Under the pieces are notes generated by a model, which was not told the origin of the DNA, searched no databases, and saw only the letters and a program-made list of their open reading frames with translations. This document shows positions 53,960 to 64,000 of a stretch of DNA of 64,000 bases, in pieces. Position 1 is the stretch's first letter, and each line of letters starts with the position of its first letter. Source of the stretch: Schmidtea polychroa (Eukaryota); contig CM097885.1 in NCBI GenBank assembly GCA_044892525.1, forward strand, positions 22,756,001 through 22,820,000. The letters run 5' to 3'. Both the position numbers and the translations under genes were made by a program.

Positions 53960-54730
53960 ATCTCCCTTGTTTAAAAGGTTTTAGCCATTCAACATTGTAA
54001 TGTAATGCTAATTTAATGCTTATCCACATCGTAATTAACTTTTAGATAATTGATCACCTTATTACATCCAGCGTGGCACAACATTTTGTGCATGTCTTTG
54101 ACAAATTCTATTCTATTTACTTTTGGAATCCAAATTTTATTTTCTCTTGTTAAAATTAAATCTTCGTTGATTTTAAATCTCGTAGTCTCATTTTTATTAA
54201 TTGCTTTTCTCATATGTTCTATCTCATTATCTTTGTGATATTGCAATCCATGTTTAGTAGCTGCTAACATCTGGTTTTTACTTTCTCTGTCTTTGCATCT
54301 TCATGAATTTCTATACACTGTGTACATCTACCATATTAATCTCTCGATAACGAATCAGCGTTCGAATGGTCAATTCCTTTTCGATATTTAATGTCCATAT
54401 CTAAACTACTCAAGAAGTTTATCCATGTCTAAAATTGCACCATTATAGGTTTTTTAGTTGTCATCATAAATTTTATGGCCTTGTGGTCCGTTCTTAGCTG
54501 AAATCGCTTGCCGTAAAGATAGTGCTTAAAATGCTGTGCAAAATAATAAATTGCTAAAAGTTCTTTTCTCGTGATATAGTATCCTATTTCATGTTTACTC
54601 ATCGTATGTGAACCATAGGCAATAACACGTTCATTACCTAGATCATCAATCTGTGACAAAACAGCTCCTATAGTGTCGAAACTAGCATTCGTATCCAAAA
54701 TAAATTCTTTCTCATAGTCAGGATATACAC
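53960..54730 (-). pseudogene. Ty3/Gypsy pol remnant (RNase H and integrase zinc-finger region)
   Basis: PDYEKEFILDTNAS...IGAVLSQ...ERVIAYGS...Y.ITRKELLAI...FKHYLYG..F.LRTDHKA; H..LCHAG. Confidence 0.9.
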
Positions 54731-55439
54731 CTGTTTGCACTGAAAAAACGCATCTATAATATGGTTTGGTATGTACAACCAATTATAGATGCGTCATTCT
54801 TTATGGTGATTTTTTTTGGAATGCATGTGGTTAATTTAACTACATGCATTCAACTACTCATTTAGCTATTTTATTTAGCTATTTTAACTTTTTGTATTTA
54901 GCCAAATGGCTTTAAAGTAATTTATTTTTATTTAAAGTAAACTTTAAGGTTTAAATATTGATCCATATAGATATGAGATCATAATTCAAGCTCCTAAATG
55001 ATACTTTTTATCAACATTTTTTATTATAAATTATTTTTAATTAATTTTTCAGGAGTTTTAGATGTTATTATTATTATTTGGAATTATTTCAATATAATGT
55101 GAGTTTTATTATTATGTTATTGAGTAATTAGGTACAATTTATTAATTTATTAATAAAATTTATTAATTTTTTTATATTTATAAATTATATTTCTGATTGA
55201 TTCTTTGTGAATTCCTAATAATCGCCCGAAATTATAAAAATCTATAGAAATATTATTTTTTAAATTTATGTTAATCAAATTTACGATTTTCTTATTTTTT
55301 TCCCAACATCGGACGGCAAAGTTGAGATTTCAGGGCAATGTGAAATACAAAAAAACTAATTAATTTATTAAAAATTTAAGATAAATCATACAAAATAATG
55401 TCTTCATTATCTATAGAACTCAAAGTTGAGTTTTCGGAA

Positions 55440-56186
55440 TTTAATAATATTAATAATATTCCCATGCATAGCCCTTTGAACGACCTTTAAAATGAGCTAT
55501 CATTCAATGGTCGGGAACTCACAAAAAATTTCATTTTGAAAATATGACCTTAAAAAATAAAATGACCTTGAAAAATAATAATAATATTCCCTTGCGACAT
55601 ATTAAGTGTGACCAGTACCCTTGTGAGCAATACCCATAGAGGGGCAAAATATCTTGTCGGATAATCTCAGAGTATACCTTTTGTTTGATATACATATTAT
55701 AAGGTTTGAAAAATTCTAAAGTTTTTAACCCTTTGGAGGTTCACCAAAAGGCTTCGAGAGTATACTCACCTCTCAAATACCTTTCGAATGAACCATCGTT
55801 CAATAAAATTCATTGGCGGGAACTCTGAAAATTTAAATTTTAAAAACATGACCTTGAAAAATTAATAATATTTTGAAAAATAATAATATGACCTTGAAAA
55901 AAATGCTGGTCATCAATTGTTAATATCCTTAAAAGGACTAATGATAATAATGATATCTATTGCTCATTGAAAAGGTCTTGCACTGGGCGTAAAATGATCC
56001 ATCGGTCAATACAATCGATTGATAGAAACACTAACTTTTGGGGTGCCAAAAAATAAGTCTCCGCCAGCACAAAGACAATTAAAAAAAATTTATTGACCTT
56101 GACATTAAAAATTTGGACCTTGACCTTTAAAAAGACCTTGAAAAAATTTTTTGGCAGTATCACTGTCCTGGAGGTGACATATCTAC
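55440..56186. mobile_element. Solo Polinton-like terminus or non-autonomous derivative
   Basis: Multiple tgaccttga motifs, ending ctgtcctggaggtgacatatctac, similar to the Polinton end tgtcctggaggtgacacatcttactact. Confidence 0.65.
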
Positions 56187-56377
56187 CTTAAGGCTTAAAC
56201 AAATAAAAATCTTACTTTTAATATTTCATTTTTTTAACCTGAAATCGGTACTATTGATTTCATTTTCATTTACAGTGATTTGTTCTTCCATTTACATTTT
56301 CATTAAGTTTGTTTCCATTGAATTTCCGGTTATGCTGTTTATAAAATCTAAAAGATATTAATAAATTTAATCAATAA

Positions 56378-56441
<64 letters not shown>

Positions 56442-58467
56442 TATGATTATCTACGATTATATACGATTACCTATCCATATGCCGGTTGAACATGTCCACA
56501 TGTCAAGTAAAAATAAATTTTATAATTTTATAATTCCTTTATAATCTTTTCATATTCTAAACTAATATTTTTTATTTATTTACAGCTGATATATACAAAA
56601 TGAAAACAAAAGAAAACAATATTTTACTGATAAATTTCTAGAAAAATTATTAAAAAAAAATATTTTATCGACTAAAATACAAATTAAGTAAATATAATTT
56701 TTAAACTATTTTCAGGAAAACTATTTTACCAATCAACCAGTGCCTGTCCGCCGCACAAACGCTAACGAAATCCGTCCGATTTAACCGTGAGCACATTGCC
56801 GACGAACTGATAATCTCTCACAATTTTTTACCCGTAAATTGTTCGTCCTTCATCCAGCAGTTTGAGTTTAATTATTTTTTTAATATTTTATAACTAACTT
56901 TCATCTATTTGCAATCATTTCATCTATTATCCAATTATATTTGTCGAATTGATGGCTATTGAAATTATTATTTATATCTAGATATTGTTTAAGAAATCCG
57001 GTTTCTTTATTTTTATGGATTATTATGCCATTGATAAGGATATTTCTTTCTAATAAAGTTGAGCAAAAGTTAGAACTGATTTTATTTTTTAATAAAAAAT
57101 GCGGCAATTGGCTGTGAATGCGCCCGATTTGAATTACTAGAATAATTTATCAATATTCGTAAATTATCCAATGCGCATATATTATTTTGTTTAAATCATC
57201 AATATTCATATTTATTGAAAATATAATTATTAATTATTATTAATATTAATATATTTAATTAATATAATTTATTTATGTATTTTTATAAATAATTGGACTT
57301 TGATTAATAATTGCAAATTACTGAGCAACCTCAGACGGCAGCGATTAAATATTGTAATAACTACTAAATATTTTCTCAAAGCCGACCCATTAACAATAAA
57401 TTCGACAGGTTTAACACTCACATGATTGCTGCTTGTAAAGAAAACGTTGGGAATTTTTTTTAAAAACGTGTATTTCTAGTAATTTAAAACCCATTATCAT
57501 TTCTCAATTAATCTCAGCCACATTAATGCACAGATGCATGATGCATTCTCTCTGTAATTCTAGATAGATGATTTTTCTCATATTTTCAGTCATCATCGCT
57601 ACAGAATCATTAAGGAGAATTGTTGACGACAGGAATCACATCGTAAAGTCAGCTGCGGTTGCTCAGAGTCAGTTAGTTGCGTGGCAAAATTAATTTATCT
57701 CCACATAATCTGAAATAATTAGCCTACTCAATTTAATAAATGGCAGTTCTGAAAGGGGGAAAAACGTGTTTAATATTTCAATGCGGTTTTAATTGTTTAG
57801 TGGTTGAATTTTACCAGCTCCAATATATCTAATCGGTACAAAGATTTACAACAAACGAAAAATGCCTATATCTCATTAAGCTCCCTATATCAAATATTAA
57901 GGAAAAAGCGAAGGAACTCTAGCAGATCGAATTCACAAATTAATTTGGTTTTATTGCCGCCCTCCAGCGAGTTAATAAGCAGCAATTACACGAGATTCTG
58001 TAATAGAATGGTTGGCATCGCGTCTGTGTGTATTATATGCGCGCATGTATGTGCATGTGTGTCGAAAGCGCAAAGACAAATGCAAATTGTGAGTATGTGT
58101 GCGGGGAATTGCTTGTTAGTTAAATTGCTGGCATGTCAGCGTACTTAAGAGATTCTCACGTTGATATGAAATCAGGCTATTTTCAATTAAAACAATAGAA
58201 CAACTAAGAAATAGTCTGAATCAGCTTCAACATCACCTGCTTCCTAAAAAAGCGAGCTTGTCATTCTCTCCATTAAAGAGATAAATAGAAATAATGAGAA
58301 GGAAGATATTACTATTATTATTAATATTATTTACCCATTTGTAATAATCGTTGCGAAGTGAATATAGATAATTATTAAACCCAACCTATCAGCATTCAGT
58401 TTGATCGTTTGCGATTATAAGTGAGACTTTTAAAATCACTGCATCTACTTTCAGTTGAGATTTTTCT

Positions 58468-58558
58468 ATGCCTAATCATCCGTTTCAAATAGACAATTTG
58501 CTTTCGAAAACATTAGATGATGAAGGTTCAGCATTCGAAGATTCATATCATTATTCAG
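58468..58558 (+). CDS. Candidate first coding exon of an eh1-motif transcription factor
   Basis: MPNHPFQIDNLLSK... contains FxIxxLL (engrailed homology 1); ends at cag|gtattt donor; preceded by ~1 kb of higher-complexity non-repetitive sequence. Confidence 0.5.
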
Positions 58559-61500
58559 GTATTTTAATGATTTTTTTAAAAAAAATTTTAATAAATTAAA
58601 TTTAAAATTATAAAATTCCTTTAATTCTTTGGATTTTAAATGTAATAATAATAATTTAAAAATTAAAAATTAGTTTTTAAATTTATCAAAATTAATATAT
58701 AATATAATAATTATAATTGATATTTATTTAAAAAAAGACTTTTCTTTTAAAAGCTAATTTTTAAAAATAATAAAAAATATTAAAAATATTTCATATATTT
58801 CTTAACTGAGCTGAAATTAAATTAATTATAATTGTACGAATTTTACTTTTAATTTTATTTTTATTTAACACATTGTCAGAACATAATAAAACAAAATAAA
58901 ATAAATTATCTAAAAACCACTTTCTTTTTTTTTCAATAACAATAGATCAATTAGTTAAATTTGTGTTTAAACTTGACTGAACTTATTGATCTATTGTATT
59001 TTTAGGTGGGGGGGGGGGAAGGAGAAGAAATAAAAATATAAAAATACGTTCACTTTGATAAAGAAATTATTTAATATTAAAATTGTCGTTCTTTTCAAAT
59101 ACAGTAATATTGTTTATTTCTTTGACATTCAACCAAAAAAATAACTAAAATTTTATACAACATTAAATATTTATATTGAAAAGGAAAAATTTTTGATGAG
59201 GATTTAAAATAAAATGAAAATTTGAACTATTTTTTATCATTTAAACTCGAAACAACAGTGTAGTAAAATAAGTTTGGATAATTTATATAATTAGATAATT
59301 ATGTAATTTTTACAAATAAAATTCAAATAAAAAACTTTAAAAAAACCATTTTTGCCGTGTTTAATGAAATATTTCGACCTAAAATATGTTAAATATAGAA
59401 ATTTAACTAATCTTTCTCTCTTTTTTTTCTTTTCTTGCCTAATTGATTCTTTCTATTTCTATTTCTTGTTCTTCACTTGATATCTTTCAAAAAATATAAC
59501 AATATAAATAAATTTAAAATATTTTTAAAAATTAAACTATTAATAATTAAATAGTATCATTATTTGTCATTAGGTCTGACTTAGACTGATTTATATAAAA
59601 TTTAAAATAAAAAAGAATTAAAAATGTCCAAAATAAAATAAAATATTGATTTAAAAAATAATTTTAATTTTATAATTATTATTGACGTGAGCTTAAAAAT
59701 TTCAAAAATTGATAATTTCTATTTAATGGACAAGTTTGAATGAATTGTAAAATATGAAAAGATGACAATTATATTTTCCCCTATCGAAATAAAACAATTA
59801 AAATGTTACTACCGTTCGTTTTGAAATGATGCGTCTCAATTACTAGACTTGGAATTTTGTACATTTAGCCAGCAAATGAATGGCTGAAAAAAATTCTTTA
59901 AATGTTCAGTTAACTAAATTCTTTTTACGTATTTGTGGCTTCACATGGAGCGTGGCAAAAATTTATCTAAAATGATGAATGTTTTGTTACGAGTTTAATT
60001 TTACTTCGGACACTTTCATTCAAAATATTTAAATTTACCAATCGACTCAAATTATTGTTTTAATATGCAAAAAATGCGAAATTAACAATCTTAAAATTAT
60101 TTACGAATTTTAGTAAATGATTGTTTCTTGCTAAAAGCATAAATTAAATACTTAACAAGTAAATGACAAAATAAGCCCTTGTGGTAAAATGTTACAGAAA
60201 GGGCTTATCTTGCCATTTACTTGTTTAATATTTATTGATTGGTATCACACAGTATTAAAATCATTATTATAATTATATTATATTAATAATATTAGAATTT
60301 AAATAAAATATTAATAATATATAGTAACACTCTGAAGTCATAATATTCTAACCTTTTCGCGACGTGTTATTTTCCTATTAAATATGCCTATAAAATGGAC
60401 AGTTTTCGAGGTTTTCGAAATACTAAGGTTCGTATGTCTACTATGAAATAAGAACTACTACTGTCAGATTCATACATGAAAAATAAAATAACAGACAAGT
60501 TTAAACATGTCAATAAACACAAATAAACATATCTAACACATAAAACGAAAGCGTCCGAAAATATAATGAAATCGGACAAATACGGTCTTCGACTATTTGT
60601 CACGATTTTTTTCACGGGAATATTCGGTCTTCGGTGCGAAAAAGTTAATAGAATATTTTGGTTTATATTATTAAAATTTGTCTTAATTTTATTATTTACA
60701 AGTAAAAGAATTCCTAATAATATCTACTACAGAGATGCCCAAAGTGCGACCAGTTACCTTATTTATGCGGACATTACCAATGTGATTAAAATATTAAAAA
60801 CTTTTATTTTGTTACATTTTTTCCCAGAAAATAAAAAATTTATTTTCAATTTAAGAAAATCGATGTGTTCTCTCTCATCTTTATAAATAAGTTTTATTTA
60901 AGAAATAATTAATATATATTAATTTATGTATTGAATTGAATTAAATTTTTTCTGGCCCGAATTTTTGATAATTGTCAATTTTTGGTCAAGTATTCTTTGA
61001 TTTTAGGTACCTTGATATACTAGTATTTCTGTTCAGTAATGTTTAGGCACCCGTATATAGGCACTTTGTCTAAGTTTTATAATTACCAATTTTTTCTTCC
61101 CTTCAGACTAAAGAATAATATTTTCATTTATTAAATACGAATTTTTGAACATAATTTCAAATATTATAAAATATTTTTAAAAGTTTAATGAAGATCACAC
61201 CTCATAGGGTCAGGTGAATTTTTATTTCAATTTAATGAATACATTTAAAGAAACAACATATATTTATTACGATTGTATTAGAAATATTAAAAATTCAAAA
61301 TAGCAATTATTATATGCAATAATTCAATTAAGAATATTTTAGTGCTTTAAACTTTTGTTCCTTAAAATTAAAATTTATTCAAAGATTTCATTTTATTTCA
61401 CAATAAAGAACTTAAATAAATGGAAATTTTGAACCAATTAAATAAATTAAATTATTTAAATTTTAAAAGATTTTAAAAAATAGTTGTCATATTTTTTAAT

Positions 61501-62569
61501 TTTATTAGATTATAAGTTATTAAGAATATTCATCTTATTTCAACAGTGACGTGTTTAAAAAAACCGGGCACTAGGTACAAAAATTTTTGGGACCCTTCTA
61601 AACATATACATTGAGAATCTTAAACTGTTAGTTAGTAAACAGCTTATGTACGAAAGATTGATCAAAAATCCACAATGTTTTAACCCTAAAACTTAGAAAA
61701 TCATCAAACTAAAACTTTCAACACATAAATAGCGACAGACAGTCATTGTGGCTAAGCATGTCGTTTTGTAAAATAATGATTAACCCAAATAATCAAGGGA
61801 AATTATAAATTACAAAAATATATAGCTTTATATGAATACTAAAGTGTAAAAATATAAAATATATAAAATATAGTTTATATTTAAAATAAGTCATTAAAGT
61901 CAAAATTAAAAATATTATTTCTATAATCAACTTTTTATTCCATTTATTTTATTTATTTATTCCATTTATTCCAATTTTAATGATTTTATTTATTGTCATA
62001 TTTCATAAAATAAGTCAATAATAATTTAGGAAAAGGTTTTTATAATTTTAAAACTATTTCAATGTTTTGGAATTATTTGTTTAAAAGGCTTTTAGAAAAT
62101 CATCATTATTACAAACACCAGAAAAAGGCCGTCGGAAATTTATGTTAAATAAATATAAATTTATAAGAAAGCGCCAATCAAACATTCTTTTCATGATATA
62201 TTTCGACAGTTTTCCAACCATCATCAGGTGGGATATATTAACTGTATAAATTAAGGATTTTAAAGCAAATTTATTATTTGTATTATAATTAAATTGTTGC
62301 CATGTATGTTTAACTATTTATTCAAATATAAATTTATTTATAATTTAAAAATGAAAAAAATATTGATTGTTATAATTTTTATTATAATTAAAAAATTAAT
62401 GGCCAGTAGCAAGAACTAATATTAAAATATTTTAATTCAATTCTGCAAAATTTTGATAATCAAAAATTTTCAACTATTACAAATTTCTTTTTACGTAGAA
62501 TTGAAACTTAGCTGATGTTGCAATTGTTCAAAATTATTCTCTTTTCCAGTTTTCTCGTTAACTATTCTT

Positions 62570-63300
62570 TTGAAAATTCAAAGTTTAAACAAATAATGTT
62601 ACTGCCTCCACTGAATAGATTATGCTTTCAAACTCGTGCACGGAGATGATATGCAGTCTTTCCAATGTATGTGACATTACGCCATTACAAGTAAAGTATA
62701 CAAGGTCGAAACACAGTCCTCGCAATATTGTAAAACACTTTAGCAATGATAATTCTAAAATTTTTAAAACCTAAAAGTGGTAAATTTACAGATGAGTCGA
62801 ATGAGTCAATATCATTTAGTACATTAAAGTTAGTATTGTTGTTCTCACAGTATTTTCTGTATTATTTGGAGAAACATTCTCAAAGGAAGCAAACCGGGTG
62901 AAATAATTTTCTCCGCCTCATTTAACTGAGCAATACGTCTATCAATAATTTCACAGGCGATTCGCGGTATTAAATATTTTGAATATTCGCTTTTTATGGA
63001 ATAATTAAACAAAAATTAGCCAAGTCATTAATAGAATCATAATAAATATAATGTACTCCACAGGCTTGATAAACCAATAATTTTATCATATTTCTTTTAC
63101 ATTTGAAATTTCATTTCCTTAAAACTGATGTGGCAAATATTTCCAAATCGCCTTCGGTTTCTGCAAAACTTATGGAAGTAGTTCTAATTCTGTTTCTAAT
63201 CTTTTAAATAGTTCAAGGAATTTGATATTTCTAGCGACTATTTAAAAAGATCTTCCCAAAACTCCGATAATTGTTTATGCCATATTTACAATACAAATGT
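62570..63300 (-). pseudogene. Possible Penelope-like element remnant (GIY-YIG region)
   Basis: Minus-strand TYIGKTAYHLRARV.KH and TSVLRK fragments; many stops. Confidence 0.4.
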
Positions 63301-63349
63301 TAATGTTAGTTTGTGTTATTAATATATTGTTATGTTGTTATGAATATGG

Positions 63350-63706
63350 ACAGGGGCGGCTCAAGAAATTTTTACCAAGCCTAACGCCCTAGGCGAATTT
63401 TAATGAAGCGCCTACCTTAAAGAATGCCAACTGAAACATTAGGTTTTAATGATTTAAATTTCTTAATTCAACGAGTAGGTATTTCATAATAAATTTTTTA
63501 TTGAGGGAAATAAAAAATTTGTCCATTTTAAAATATAATAATATATGCAGTTTCAAAATACATAAATAATAGTACAAAATAATATAGGAGTGACAATTGT
63601 GAAAGAGAAAAATTAAAGATATCATAATAAATAATTTTTTTTATATATTCGAGAAATAATTTAGAAAAATATTTTTGTGCCCTAAAAAATTTTGCGCCCT
63701 AGGCGT
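63350..63706. mobile_element. hAT-like MITE fragment
   Basis: Starts caggggcggctc; repeated cgccctaggcg subterminal motif. Confidence 0.5.
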
Positions 63707-64000
63707 CCTGAATGTGGAGAAGTGTTGTGTCAAAAATTGTTGAACCTAGTCGAGTCACCGATAAAATCTGACATTGGACAGCTGGGTGCTTGCATGTATG
63801 TAATGATTTGTTTGTGTGTTTTAGTCATATTGTATAATAACATATAATAAAATTTATTAAAAACGAATAAAAATAATGTATGTACAGGTTCTTCGGTTGC
63901 ATTCCACAGAACAAGAACATCTTCGGTATTTAAATAACCTGATTCCAACAAAATTTACATTCATTGCAACACCTTTCTAAATTATAGTTACCTTTCTTTT

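Noticed and set aside
57804..58148. 114-aa ORF
   Set aside because: Non-ATG start, TG-repeat-derived Cys/Val content, no homology signal; more likely regulatory DNA

Overview
Very AT-rich, intron-containing eukaryotic (invertebrate-type) genomic DNA with ~40-55 nt introns and abundant (ATT)n/(AT)n microsatellites; a flatworm-like host is plausible but cannot be shown from sequence alone. The dominant feature is a complete 17.4 kb Polinton/Maverick (adintovirus-like endogenous DNA virus) at 33136-50568, with AGTAGT...ACTACT termini, ~0.8 kb TIRs and a 6-bp TSD (TTAATA). It encodes pPolB, integrase, packaging ATPase, adenain protease, major and minor capsids and two core-like proteins. Its unusual cargo comprises a TATA-binding-protein (TBP) homologue, an IAP-type RING protein, a Cys-rich ORF and several small genes split by host-type mini-introns that the ORF track misses, including an acidic multi-SIM protein. 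One intron made almost wholly of (ATT)n interrupts the integrase catalytic motif. The element lies inside an intron of a minus-strand SID-1/SIDT-family membrane gene whose exons run from ~51.9 kb to ~14.3 kb. The rest is decayed transposon debris (hAT, pogo/Tigger, piggyBac-like, Ty3/Gypsy, Penelope-like, MITEs), remnants of older Polinton copies, and a candidate first exon of an eh1-motif transcription factor near 58.5 kb.
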